The notes beneath the pieces were generated by a model that was not told the DNA's origin, did no database searches, and was given only the letters and a program-made list of their open reading frames with translations. A program made the translations under genes and the position numbers. This document shows, one piece after another, positions 11,046 to 24,681 of a DNA stretch of 64,000 nt (within the stretch, counting starts at the first letter, position 1; the number at the start of each line of letters is the position of its first letter). This DNA is from Vicugna vicugna (taxonomy: Eukaryota): positions 124,001 to 188,000 of the forward strand of contig MU058463.1 of assembly GCA_013265495.1 (NCBI GenBank), in the 5' to 3' direction.

Positions 11046-14000
11046 GGAACACTCTTGTGTGGTCCATTCTCAAACTGATTCTAGACTAAGCCTGTTAGGG
11101 CATTAAATATTAGCATAAGATATACTGAAGTATTTATTTATAGATTATGAGATTATAAAACCTGCACATTTCTATTACATGATTAAGAACAAAAAATGTG
11201 TCTGTGTTTGGGGAGGGCGATCTAGATAAGCAAATGAGCAAAATATTAGTATGTATACAGGAATTCTTTGTTGTATTTTGCAACTTGTGTATAATTATGA
11301 AAATATACTAAGATAAAAATAATGAAATCTATATGTAATAATTTTTGTTGAGTAGCAAGTTTTTTTCAGAGACAGTTTACACAAATTATTAGGTAATGGA
11401 TAGGTGTATACAAATCAAGGTCTCCTCTTGGCAGAATCACTTCCAGACTGTAGCTGAGCTGAAAATAAACTCTGTTGAACCACTGCCTGTGTTACGGGGC
11501 TAAAACAGTCTCCTTTGCTCTGGCAGCTTTCTGTTTTACTCATGCTATCTTCTAAGTTGTCCAGGCTGAAAAATCGTATTTCATATCATCATTCCCCAGT
11601 TTTATCCAGCCACTGAGAACAGAATGTTGAGTTTGATAGGTGTTCAAATATATGCCAATTGGCCCTCAAACAATCACATACCTACTTGATTAAAAGAAAA
11701 AAAATGACACATATTTGAAAGATCTAAAATGATGGAACAGAGCTTCCTGCTATTACATAAAGTAAAACTCATAAGAAAACTGAACCCAGACTCTCTGTAT
11801 TATTAGTGATGTACTCTATCCATCCGAGCTAATATATGGATAACTATTCATTGTCATATACTCCCTTTTCCTCAATATTGAGTTTTCTATTGCTTCTTGA
11901 ACTTTTCACCTCTATTACTTACTTAAGGGTTTTATTAATATTGGTTCATCTCATTTTTATCCCCATATTAAACACAGAGAAGGACAAATACAGCCTTAAA
12001 AAAAGCAGTGACCAAAAAAATATATTTAATTACCTCTGGTTCTTCCTCAGCCTCAACAAGGCCATTTTCAAAAACAGAAATATTGTTTATCATTTTTAAC
12101 ACTGACTTGAGATTTGCAAATAGAAAAGGATTTATACACCCATTTCCTTGCAGTGGAAAAAATGAGAATAGCACACATTTACGCAGATAGGCAAGTGGGA
12201 AATAAAATATAATAACGAAAGTTTGTGCATATTTTTAGAATCAGAAGTCAAACTTTAAAGTTTTAAAGGAATCATTGCTTAAAAAGTGATAGGCAACTTA
12301 TTTTACAGAATACTGTTAATAGAGCTGTGAAACCTACTGTCATCCTCTGCCATATTGGTGTACTTGAAAGGAGTTTCAATGAAATATGCCAAATGTTACT
12401 TTTAGTCAGCATGGTCAGAATAGTTAGTCTGTTTAATAATGGTCCTGATGAGTCGAATATTTCCAGATTTCTATTAAATTGAGCCATCATAGACCCTGCA
12501 TATTATAAAAATAGCTAGTACCTCAGGATTTAGACAACTTACAAGATGAAGAACTATACAACAAGAAACATGAAACCCTGGAGTGAAAATCAGCCTCTTG
12601 TAGAGATAAATTTTACTTGGAGAGTACATACTAGAGCAAAACCATTTTTAAATATAGTATCTATGCATGCTAGGATTTTGTTTTGTATTTTATTTTATAT
12701 TACTTTTTTGAGTATTAAGACATTAACATGATTCCAAAATTTACAATTATATCTTTTTTGAAAAAAGTACTTTTAGGGATGTAACTTACCCTCAATTTTT
12801 CCAACTCTCTTTCCACTTAACCTAGAGGTAACCAATTTAATGAGTTTCTAATTTATTTATTCTGTATTTCTCTTCACAAAAATGTGAAGACAAATGAATG
12901 TTTTCTTATTTCATTTTTCTTTCAAAATAAAATGCAGCATACTATGCTCTTTTTTTGCACTCTATTACAAATAATGTTGCAATAAATAGCCTTGTGCCTT
13001 GTGCAGATGCATCTTCCAATTGTTGGAGATGACTGCATTGAAAGGTAAAGCATATAGAGTTTTGATAGGTGTGTTAAAATTCATATTTATTAAAGTTAAA
13101 TCATTTTGCATTTTCCACATCAAAATTTTAAAATCTAATTTTACTGTAGAATAAGGTGTATTCTCTGTTACCAGTTGGTAAAGTTTTACCTGTTTCCGTA
13201 TGGTCTAACAACTGATTGCATTTTATAGTCTTTTCTATTTTCTTACTATTTTGGCCCATTTTACTTGCCTTTTACTGAGAGTAATGTGTTAATCTCTTCT
13301 TACATTTTTGTGCTTCTGTCTCTTTCGTCCCCCCTTTCTGCTCTGGTAAGTTTATTGCAGTATTATGTGGCCCATATGTATTCATATGTGTGCCTTTAGC
13401 ATGCAAGAACATAAACCTTTGTATATTTAAGCTCACTGTATTATGTTCTATTTTGTCTGGTATTCAAATATCAATGCTTATTTTTATTCTTGTTTTTACT
13501 TGTCTTTACTATGTATTTATTTTAAAGACACCATGTTTTAAGTGAGTCTCTTGGAAGCTATTCTAAGAGAAAAAGAAATCTGAAGTTTGACAGACAAATA
13601 GAAACGATGAATCCTTCCTGTAAAAAGAAGGCACCCAATGAAGAGAAGTATGGGAGGAGGAGAAGCCACATGTAAAGCTACAACTTCAGCACTAGTTTAA
13701 AAAACTCTCCAGCTTTTATCAGTCCCTAGCTTAATTGTTACCCAGGCAGCGCTCAACTGCAGCCTCTGCTTTCCCATTTTTTGCCACCCTAGCAAATGCT
13801 TTCCTTCTCTTGTCCTGGTAGGCTAGAGAGTAAGATAGATAACTCAAAAACAAAGAATGCTAATTTGGTGAGAATACAGAGTCTGCACTTCAGAGATCAG
13901 GACATCACAACTTTGAACACTAAGTACCATGCTAAACCTGATTTTGTTATAGAGTACAACCTTATAAGCAGTTAACTGCTTTTTTTTTTTTTAATGAGGT

Positions 14001-14999
14001 ACCTTTGCAAAGCCCTTTATTTATATCAACTTAGGAAGCATTTTGAATTTTAAATAGGTGTTTTTTGTTAGTCCACTTTTGCAAGAAATCTTTGGAAACA
14101 AAATCCATGTTTGAGTTGGGAACTGTTTTTAATACTATTTTCCTTGGTAAAGACTAGGCCTTCCATAAAGATATGTGGAGCAAATGCATGGATTCAAGCA
14201 TGCACGAGAAAGTAAGCATTCATTCTTAACTTTGATTCCAGACTACAAAACGCACATTCAAATAAACCTGGAGAAGGTTCAATTATTTTGTTCCTTTCTA
14301 TTTTGAAATTGCTAGCCGTTTATATTAGACAATTTGCTTTTGTTTGTAGATAAGCAAATGCACACTTACCATTACAATAAAAATTTAAAACAATGAATTT
14401 AAAAAACAAAGAAAACAGTACTTTCTAAGATTTTGCTAAGAAATTATTCTATTGTTTTCACCATTTAATTTGCCTAGCAAGTAAAATGAAAATCATTGCT
14501 TCGATCAAATTTAGAGAATGCAAAGTAAGGGAAATAGAATATTTTAAGAAAATTTAAGAATTACATTGTCAAAATCAAGGAGTTATGCAAAATAACCCTG
14601 AGGTTTGTGATGCAATATCTTACCAATCAGTAGGTCTCAATTTAGCAATTCTCATTCTTCCATCTTCATTCCATTAAAATATAGGAAACTACAAAAAAGA
14701 ATGGCTATGTTTTATTTTGAGTATTTTTTATTCCTGAATAGATGCAATTTTAACTTGAATTCAGACTTAAAAATATATTTATAGTACTCACATTTGGTCC
14801 TGACCATAATCCCTAATCCATTTTTGTATTTAAAGTTTATTTGTATACACATAAGTCCATATAATGTAATAAGACAGTTATATTTTTATTTAGGCATGAA
14901 AAAGGAGCTAAAGATTGAATGAGTCCATGTATGTAAAGCTATGAAACCATTGGATTTGCTGTGATGCTGGTGATCTTGTAGTTCTTTCTGCACAGGCTC

Positions 15000-15189
15000 A
15001 CTGGATAAACACTTTGGGAGAAGTGGCAACACAGTTACATGAAATACATAAAAAGGCCAACTGGCTTAAAGAGGTATCCCCCTCTTCAGGACCATTTCTT
15101 GACTTATTTGATTCTACCTGGTTTGGGTCATGGGGCCCCTTGGCTCAAGAATGCTCCCCAAACTATGAACATTGTTTTGTTGTTAATAA
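15000..15189 (+). pseudogene. Isolated fragment of a gammaretrovirus-type env transmembrane subunit
   Basis: Translates WINTLGEVATQLHEIHKKANWLKEVSPSSGPFLDLFDSTWFGSWGP and, after a 1-nt frameshift, WLKNAPQTMNIVLLLI. This is the typical stretch from just after the CX6CC motif to the membrane-spanning segment. Confidence 0.75.
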
Positions 15190-15399
15190 AACAACCTGGG
15201 AGGAAGGTAAATGTGTATAATCATAGAAGAAAATTATTTCAATGAACCAGTGGTTTCATTTCGGTATAAATAACTTAAAGGCAGCATACTAGGTTTGGAG
15301 CGTAAGTTTATGTTGACCTTTTTGACTAGTTAAGTTCCTCTTGTTATATTTCTTAAGTTCTTCATTATTTATTGAGGAAAATGCTATCATACCACTTCA

Positions 15400-15580
15400 T
15401 CATTATTTTTGTTTGGTGTCTTGTCTCCAGCATGAAAATGTAAGTTCCAGAAGGGCAGTGAACATGTCTCTATATCTCTATAGTTTATTACCATACCCCT
15501 AGTACTATAGGAAGTGTCTAGAACATTAAAAAATGCTCAACAAATGGCCACTGAATATGATTTAATTTCTGAATGAATGC
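15400..15580 (+). mobile_element. L2 3' end
   Basis: TGTCTCC...AATGTAAGTTCCAGAAGGGCAG...TGCTCAACAAATG...TGAATGAATG L2 tail. Confidence 0.7.
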
Positions 15581-15676
15581 AAGAGTAGTTACAGCACGTC
15601 AGTGGAATCATAAGCATTAGCTCAATATACTGCTCAGCCAAAATCAATCAACACAAAACAGGATCAATAAAATCAG

Positions 15677-16170
15677 AAAAATGCAAGTTAAAATAACAAA
15701 GAGGTACCACTGCACACTTATTAGAATGGCTAAAATCCAGAACACTGACAACACCAAACGCTCAGGAAGATTGACGCAAAAGGGATTCTCTATTCATTGC
15801 TCGTGGGAATGCAAAATGCTACATCCCCTTTCAAAGATCATTTGATGGTTTCTTATAAAACTAAACATATTCTTATCATATGATTCAGCAGTCATGATTC
15901 TTGGTATTTATCCAATAGTGTTAAAAACTCTGTCCACACAAAAACTTCACACAGATGTTTATAACGGCTTCAGTCATAATTGCCAAAACTTGGAAGCAAA
16001 CAAGATGTCCTTCAGTGGCATGCATAAAAAAACAGTGCACATCCAGATTATGGAATATTATTTAGCACTGAAATGAACTGAGCTATCAAACCACAAAAGG
16101 TCATGGCAGAACCTTAAAACCATATTACCATGTGAAAGAAGCCAATATGAAAAGGCTGCATATGTATGAT
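15677..16170 (+). mobile_element. Old L1 (L1MB/MC-like) ORF2 end and 3'UTR fragment
   Basis: AAATGCAAGTTAAAATAACAA...TAGAATGGCTAAAATCCAGAACACTGAC...TGGAATATTATTTAGCA resembles the L1 ORF2 C-terminal sequence. Confidence 0.8.
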
Positions 16171-18229
16171 TACCCTCTGAGAGAAGGTAACTGTAAGAAG
16201 TTAATTAAAGGGAAATGAATATGGGGCATAGGAAGCTCTTTGTAAGATATTTATAGTTTTTATGTAGATGAAAAGTGTTCTCAAAGAAAAAGTTTATTAA
16301 ATTTAAATATATTAATTTATATTTTCTATTCCACTAAAACATAATTATAATTCATTCCTTAGTGAGATATTTCTGTGGTCCTGACATAGTTTTAATTCTC
16401 GGATTTTTTTCCAAACACTCCCTTACTTGATGTAATGTGAACTGTATCCTTGAGATACACACACACACACACATACACACACACACAAACCCTAAAGCCT
16501 TTAACAATTTACAAAAATGAAGGTCCTTGCCTTCAGGAATTTCTAAGATTTAATTGTAAAACAAATTGTTAGTATAAATCCAGTGCTGAAGTGATAATGT
16601 TATGAGAACTAATTGAATAGATACATGCATCGGAGAATGTGGTCCTTATTATACCAAACTTTGATAAATACGGCATCTGGTTGTCATGTTTCTGTTAGTA
16701 AAATATAAAAAACAGGAATGATATTATATACTGTGAGAAATTAGTTAGGAAAGATATTACACAAATAAACAGTATTTGAAATTTTTATTAATGTACGACA
16801 AACAGCATTATAAAACTATTTTACTTTGATTTGATTTCCAAGAATCACAATGATTTGTAGGTGAAAAATTATACATAACTCACTACTACCACTTGAGAAA
16901 TTAAATATTGAAAATTATTTTGAGTCTGTTTATAACATCAATTCCCTGTCCTAGTTTTAGAAGAGCTTCATAATTTTATATTTGTTCTAATTTAATATCT
17001 AAAATGTGTTCAGATGAATAATGTTTATGTTTTCAAACAAAAATAAAAAGTGTTCCTTTAATTTTGTAACAAAAATAAATTCCATAGTAGTGAAAAAATT
17101 ATTGATCAAATGATTAGACATTTGAGAAAACAATATAGTAAATAAGTTATTTTTTGTGCATTAGTGTTGGCATGACTAATGTAAAATTAAATAGCTTTTG
17201 CCTATTATTTAGGCATTAGAAATGTTTCCATAATATGTGTATGACACAGAGATAAAATTTCTGCTTGTTACTGGAATTGCCAATCAGCATCTTTGTCTAA
17301 ATATACATAAATAGACACACAAATACCTACTTTTCTCTCAGAACACACCATTTTTTAATAAACACATTTATTTAATATAGAGCTGATGGATCCTATGATT
17401 TCAAGTAAACACAATTTTCACTTTATAGCCTTTTCTGACTGAGTCTATAATTTATGGTGTTATCTATAATTTAAAATACAATTCTATTATAGGCAGGAAA
17501 TATTTTTGTTTAATCATTGGAAAGCCAGTGAACTGAATGTGTCCCAATCCCGCTGCTCTTGGTTGTTTGAGTGCCCTCCAAATATCCTCACAAACTGTCT
17601 GCCCTAATATAATTGAAATAATTGAATGAAATATAAATTTGTGAAGAAATGTAGTTAGTAATCCTGACTGACCTGTCAGAAAATTCCTTCATTATGTTGA
17701 GCCCCAAATTTACCCACATTGGGATTAAGCATAGGTCTTAATAAGGCATATGTAGACAATGGAGACTACTGCCTCCATTTGACAAGGCTTCTTATTTGAA
17801 GAAAACTAGTACATCTCTCTCTTGACCATCAGCTGACTCTTTTTGCTGTAAAATTGTTTTTCCTTTCAAATAAATTAAACATATTTTATTTCTCTCACAA
17901 TTTTATCGTTTCTTTTATATATGTGTTTAAAGATTGCTGTACCCCTAACCATCTGTGTTTAATGATTAGAACAAAATCTAAGTGTCTATGCTTTAATTTG
18001 CATTCCTAAAAAATTCCTATTATGAAAAAATCACATAATAAATATAACAAATATTTATGGAAATAATAAGATTAGGATCATATGGCACAAAGCTTATGCA
18101 ACTAAATTAAACCAATCAATCATTCAATAAACAAGTAAACTGATGTAAATTTTAGCTAAAGCACTAACAAAAGTAACAAATAATCTTAATTTTAAATAGT
18201 GCAGTTAAATCTCCCATTGATAATTGTGC

Positions 18230-18600
18230 CTGGCATCACTATCATTCAATCTCCTGCATCTTTAGCTAGGGGGCTACAGCTACTTTAGATTTGTAGGTCC
18301 TTTGGGAGCATTTTCTTTCTATAAAGACCAGTTCCATCAAAATTTAGAATCTGGTATTTGGTATAGTCTTCAGCACCAATCAGTATTCTAACATAGAAGA
18401 GAAATGGCTTCATAGCCTCATCTTCTGCACTGTCAATGTCATTTACATAAACATTGAGGGAAATTATAATCTTGAAGACCATTAGTTATAGAAGGACTGC
18501 AGCTTATAAAGACATTTTAGCTTTTTTCATCAAGATTTTCATATATTGCTAAGAATATTTTTAACTGTGTGAAAGTTGTTCCTGAATGTTCCATAATATC
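18230..18600 (-). mobile_element. Tigger/pogo DNA transposon transposase relic
   Basis: ORF 18285-18482 contains EDYTKYQILNFDGTGLYRKKMLPK, a decayed form of the pogo-family QVFNxDETGLFWKKMP motif around the first catalytic Asp. Confidence 0.7.
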
Positions 18601-19146
18601 ACTGTATTGTAAAAATTGGTTATGAACTAATGCTACATCTACAGAACATGAGCATTACTGAGTAATAAGTCACCATCACATACCTGCTAATTCAATATAT
18701 CGTTACATAAAGAAATGAGAATTTTTGGCAGCATAAATCATACTCAGAAGTTTTATGTGCTTTATAAATTTAGATGTAATAAAGCAGGATTATCATCATA
18801 GTATTTTAATAATTTTACTTCTATTGGCTAAATTTGTGTGAGATTTTTGGAAGCACTCATACCATTGATTGTGCTCAACTCTGTCAACTGAAGCTTTTGT
18901 GCCTAATAGCTCTACTTAAGTTTGGCCACTCAATAGATGTATTTTTAAAGTTCCATCCTTTAAAAACCATAGTTTAGGGCCTCATGCTCTTTCCTACACT
19001 TTTATTAAACTTAAACTCATATTTCCAAGTATTTTCATATTTACAGAAAACAAATCTAGCAGCTACATAATCTGGTCTTAAATTATTTGGTCTCTTCACA
19101 TTTTACATCCTTTGCATCGAGACCTATTTTCAATTTCTGTTTGTCA

Positions 19147-19449
19147 TTTTTTAAATTGAAGTAGAGTCAGTTACAATGTGTCAATTTCTGGTGTACAGCA
19201 TAATGTCCCAGTCATCCATATATATACATATTATTTTTCATTAAATGTTGTTTCAAGATATTGAATACAGTTCCCTGTGCTATACAGAAGAAATTTGTTT
19301 TTCATCTATTTTTACATATAGTGGTTATTATTTGCAAATCTCTAACTCCCAAATGTATCCCTTCCCACCCACTTCTCCCATAAGATGGTTTACTATGTCT
19401 GTGAGTCTGTTTCTGTTTTGTAGATGAGTTCATTAGTGTCCTCTTTTTT
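19147..19449 (-). mobile_element. 5'-truncated L1, 3'UTR only
   Basis: Homologous to the 3'UTRs of the two large L1s (TTCCCTGTGCTATACAG, TGAGTCTGTTTCTGTTTTGTA) and ends in an A-tract. Confidence 0.85.
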
Positions 19450-20009
19450 AAATTTCCTAATCCCCTTCCTTACACATTGTCCATATTATATCTTCATAGC
19501 ATGCTCAGAGGAGAAAGAAAATTTGGAATATCAGAAAAATTTGTCTGTAGACTAAATACTGATTAATAATGGCTTAAACAGGAATTAATTTTCTCAACTC
19601 AACAGGAATAAAGTGGTATATTATATTTTAAATATTATACTGGATTCTATTAAATAATAATCATTTAATAATAATGTTATTTCTAGGCTATTATTTTGGG
19701 TTTTTTTACGTTTTCACATCAAGTTTACAATTTCTTTTAAAATAACTGGAAAAGTTTACTGCTTTTTTTTTCATGTTATTGAAGATTGCAATTGTACAAT
19801 AATCGTATACCCTTAAGATTTTAAAGCACCTGCTTATGAAGTGAGCCAGTTTCTAAAGTTTGTTTTTTGAACAGTTACTATTTTTTTCATATTTTGTTTA
19901 AATGTTTTACTTGTATAATTCATTTTAAATTATTCCATTTTTCTAAAAATTCCACCACAGTAATGAAATAGTCACATCTATTAACACTAAGCTTGTCAAT
20001 CTAACTTCT

Positions 20010-23000
20010 TTTTTTTTTACATTTTTTATTGAGTAATAGTTATTTTACAATGTTGTATCAAATTCTAGTGTAGAGCACAATTTTTCAGTCATACATGAAA
20101 ATGTTTATATTCATTGTCACTTTTTTTTTTTTTCACTATGAGCTACCACAAGATCTTGTATATATTTCCCTGTGCTATACAGTATAATCTTGTTTATCTA
20201 TTCTGCATTTATTCATTTTAACAGTCTGTCCCTTTCCAACCCCTGCCCCCTTGGCAACCACAAGTTTATATTCTATGTCTATGAGTCTGTTTCTGTTTTG
20301 TATTTACATTTTGTTTGTTTTGTTTTGTTTATTAGATTCCTCATATAAGCAATCTCATATGGTATTTTTCTTTCTCTTTCTGGCTTACTTCACTTTGAAT
20401 GACATTCTCCAGGAACATCCATGTTGCTGCAAATGGTGTTATGTTGTCGGTTTTTGTGGCTGAATAGTATTCCATCATATAAATATACCATGGCTTCTTT
20501 ATTCAGTCATTTGTTGATGGACATTTAGACTGTTTCCATGTCTTGGCTATTGTAAATAGTGCTGCTATGAACATTGGGGTACAGGTGCTATCCTGAAATA
20601 GGGTTCCTTCTGGATTTATGCCCAGGAGCAGGATTCCTGGGTCACATGGTAAGTCTATTCCTAGTCTTTTGAGGAATCTCCATACTGTTTTCCACAGTGG
20701 CTTTCCTTGCTTCCCTTTCCCACTCTTATTGATTTAGATGTCTTCTTTTACAATTTTGTGTTTATTCTTTTTGTAATTCATGGCAGTTATCTCCTTTCCA
20801 GTTGTGAGTTTCTCATTTTTGTAGCATCCTGCTTCTTTTCTATTTAGAGTGGACCTGTCAATATTTCTTTTAGTGTGGGTTTAGTGTTGCTAAACTCTTT
20901 TAGTTTTTGCTTGTCTGTGAAGTTCTTTATCTCTCCTTCTATTCTAAAGGATAGCCTTGCTGGATAGAGTATCCTAGGTGCATCTTTTTTCATTCAGGAC
21001 TTTGAATATATCTTGCCACTCCCTTCTGGCATGTAGTGTTTGTATAGAGAAATCAGCTGAGAGGCTTAGGGGGGTTCCCTTGATAACTCACTCTTTGTTT
21101 TTCTCTTGCCTTTAGGATCATTTCTTTATCCTTGACTCTGGCCATCTTGATTATGATATGTCTTGGTGTGTATCTGTTTGGGTTCTTCCTGTTTGGGACC
21201 CTCTGAGGTTCCTGGAATTGGATATCTGATTCTTTCTTTAGGTTTGGGAAGTTTTCAGTCATGATTTCTTCCAATACCTTTTCAATCCCCTTTGTTCTTT
21301 CTTCCCCTTCTGGAACACCTAGTATGTGTAGATTGGCATGCTTTATATTATCCCATAGGTCCCTTATTTGTTTTCATTGTTTTATATTTGTTTTTCTCTC
21401 AGCTGTTCTGATTGGGTGCTTTCTGTTGTCCTGTCTTCTAGATCACTTATTCGTTCCTCTGCATTATCTAGTCTGCTTTGCATAGCCTTTAGGTCAGCTC
21501 TCATCTCAGTTTACTAATTCTACTTGGTTCTTCTTTATAGCTTCTATTTCATTTTTGACATATTTTTTATCTCTAAACACTATTTCTTTTAGTTCATTCA
21601 GTACTTTGATCAGTCCTTTTTTGAAATCTTGATCTAGTAGGCCATCAATGTCTATTTCCTTGATCGTGCTTTCAGGGGATTTCTCTTGATCTTTTAATTG
21701 GGACTGGTTCCTCTGTTTCTTCATATTGCTCATATCTTTCTGGCACTGTGGCTTAAGAGGTATCAGTTATCTAGTTCTCCTGGAGACGGTGTGCTCTTAA
21801 TGATTTTATTGAGAGGTCTTTGTGTCTTCGCCCTGTTTCACGTACTCAGCTTGCTGTTTCCAGAGGCCCTCTGTTGGCACCCTTGTCTGTGCTGCTCCCT
21901 GTGGCTGTCGGCTAGCAGATTACACCCCCTCCTAACACTGGGTCAGGAACTGAGCTCCTATCTGGTGGGTGGGCAGGTCATTTCCCCCTCCTGATGCCGC
22001 AGTCAGATGCTGCACTCGGGGAGGGGAGGCAGGTGGGCAGATCGCGCCCCCTCCCAGCACCGTGGTCAGGTGCTGCATTCCTGCCAGGAAGGGGGTGGCC
22101 GCCTGCCCTCTCCCGGCACCAGTCACTCCGCTGCTCTGTGCAGCTGCCCACTGTGCCTTGGGTCAGTGCTCCAAAGGTGGGCTCGGGGAAGACCGCTGAA
22201 TGGCCCTGCCTCTGCTGCTCTGGGCCAAACCTCAGCTCCTTGTTTGTTTTGGTGGCATAAGTTCTCTGAGGTGCCAGGGAAGAAAGATCCTATCTGCCTT
22301 GGGCTGTAAACAAGTCTCAGTCCTGCCTAGGAGGTTGCGGAGCCTCCAGGTGCAGATTCGGTCTTGGCCCCGCCCCTGCCTGGGCACTGTGTATAGGAGA
22401 TGGCAGCTGTGGCTAAGCCCCACCTCTCTTCTCATGAGATGTGCCAGTAATGGCAGCACAGGTCTGAGGAGACAAAGGCTACAGCACCCCTCCCCCCAGG
22501 GCATACCAGCCATGTTGCTTTGCTTTTTTCGCAATTTGTGGGGGACTGAGGTTGTTCTGCTCTGTATCCCCTCCCAGTCATGGCACACAGCACCCTGGGG
22601 CTGCCTCAGTGCAGCTGCCCCAGTCCTCTGCCCTGCTTGGGTGGCCTGTCCCGGCCCCAGCTGCCAGCTCACATCTCAGGCTGGGTGTCGTGGGGACCCT
22701 CTGTGCCCGTTTAACTCATGTCTGTCAGTCAAGGGGTGCTCAGGGCAGATCTGAGCCTTGGAGGCTCCCCTTCCATCCCACTGGCCTCTGTATTGGAGAG
22801 GAAAGACCCAGCGAGCAAACGCCAGTCCTTCTTTGCCGCTCCCTCCCTGCGGGATCAGTCCCGAACTGTTTTGCTTTTTCTTCTTTCTTTTTTCCTTTTC
22901 TCCTACCAGATTTTTTGCCTGTTTGTCTTTTGAAGAGGGCGATGTTCTGTCGGAGTTTTGCAGGTGCTCTGGTTGGCTGAGTAGGACCGTAGATGTGAGT

Positions 23001-23063
23001 TTTGGTGTATTTGTGGGAGAGGGTGAGCTACAAGCGTCCTACTCCGCCATCTTGCTTCTCTCT
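20010..23063 (-). mobile_element. Internally deleted (half-L1/HAL1-like) LINE-1: 5'UTR + ORF1 + start of spacer joined to the last ~120 codons of ORF2 + 3'UTR + poly(A)
   Basis: 18 bp TSD with one mismatch: CTTGTCAATCTAACTTCT (19992-20009) and CTTGTCACTCTAACTTCT (23064-23081). YY1 motif at 23044-23053. Collinear with the full-length L1 except at the junction at 20701/20702. AATAAA and an A-tail lie at the 3' end. Confidence 0.93.
20844..21733 (-). pseudogene. Decayed ORF1 of the deleted L1
   Basis: ORF fragments MSNMKKQRNQSQLKDQEKSPE... and EEIMTENFPNLKKESDIQ...PRHIIIKMARVKDKE align to the ORF1 at 30004-30906. There is an ~8 bp deletion near 21508 and further frameshifts near 21070. Confidence 0.92.
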
Positions 23064-24681
23064 CTTGTCACTCTAACTTCTACAACTTTAATTTCATATT
23101 TATGGATTCATTCTTTCTCTAAATTCTGATTGTACTATTTGTGTTTTTTTTTTAATAATTTGACTAACAAATACTGTATCAAGTTTGTTTTCCTTTCAAG
23201 AACTAAAATGGATTTGTATCAAATGCACTGTCTATTTTTAAATAATGTCTCTGCTTTTATATTTAGTATCTTTAGTGATTAGTATGTACCATGTTCTTTT
23301 GCAAAAATTTTAGTTGAATGATGCATTTTTCTTTCTTCATAAATCTGTTACATTACAAATCTTCTGAAAGGCTTACTGTGTATAATTTTTGAGGCATGAA
23401 CATTGTATTGTAAATTATCTTGTCTTCAAGGAAACCATGCATAGTTAATGCAAGTTCAGCTTTACTGTCTGCATACCATTTAGATAGAGCTGTTTTGCAG
23501 CCACTATAAGATATACAGGTATTATTAATTTACATTTTTACTGCTTTTTTTACACATGAAAACATTTCCCAAATAATATTTATTTGAAAAATGTACTCTT
23601 GAGAGGTAAAGATAGCAAATAAAATCCTTTTCAATTATGTTCTTGGTGTGTATTAATACTAAGAAACTAAACTAAACTAATTATTTTGAAGATTAAGACA
23701 ACCATTTCCATATCTATGCGGTATCACCTCTTATACTAAAAAGAGAAGTATTAGCCTTTTTAGACTTAGCTACCCACATTCAGTTTAGTTCTTAGTGTTA
23801 ATTTACTTTATAATCAGATAGAGTTTGTCTAGTAATATAATCTTTTCTCCAATCTCTGCATGTTACTCAAATTTGCTTAGTCATTTGGTCACTTTTTATT
23901 ACTTTTTAAAGCACAGTCAACTTTCCAAGATATTTTATCAAAATCAGTTTATTCTTTCCTTATGAATAAGGTCATACTGAGTCCATTTACAATAGAAGGA
24001 TTCAAAACAATAAGATGTTACATAACATACTTGAGCATGAGTGATCAGAGAGAATATATTGAAAAGTTATTCTCATGCCCTTCAGACTTCATCCTTTTTA
24101 ATTCTTGAGCATTTATAAGCTCTCTTAAGCAGATTCATTAATATTTTGTTTTTGTTAAACAAGTGGGAATTTTAAATGAGCCGTGTTGGAAGGAGCTGGC
24201 CAAAAGCCTTCCCCTTTAGTCTGGCCACATTGCCCTTATTTGCATATCAATGTTCCCATTTCTCATTTTCTCCTGGGTCAAGCAGAGCTGATCCAAGCAA
24301 TAAGCTTGTATTGAATTAATAGAAGATGAACACTGGGGTCAGTTTACAAGACCTGGAAGGGGAGAAGGAATGAGCTCAATAAGCAGAGGAGACATCTAGA
24401 GTACAAACAAGGACAAGAGCAAAATCAGATTGACACCAGGTGCGTTGCCTCATATGCACTTTAGATTCCAACAGTCAAATACATAGATTTACCAATTTTA
24501 AATTTTGATTTTTGTTCATTTTTGTTTTTAACAATTTAAACTGAATAAGCAAATATGAAGCATGAAATATTTATCTATTCATAAATAGCTTCTTAGGAGA
24601 TCTGCAGATAGTAGGAAAAGAAACAATTTCTTGATAAGTGAACACTGATCTTAAAGTATCTTTTGTTACCTTGCCTTATAG

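Noticed and set aside
11836..12490. Cluster of short ORFs that might be host exons
   Set aside because: I could not recognise any protein similarity or a convincing acceptor/donor pair. A BLASTX search would be needed.
20690..20715. Half-L1 junction as a splicing product
   Set aside because: The downstream side is near TGCAG, but the upstream side in the full-length copy reads GGAAATATAG with no GT donor. The 1 nt microhomology fits deletion or template switching better.
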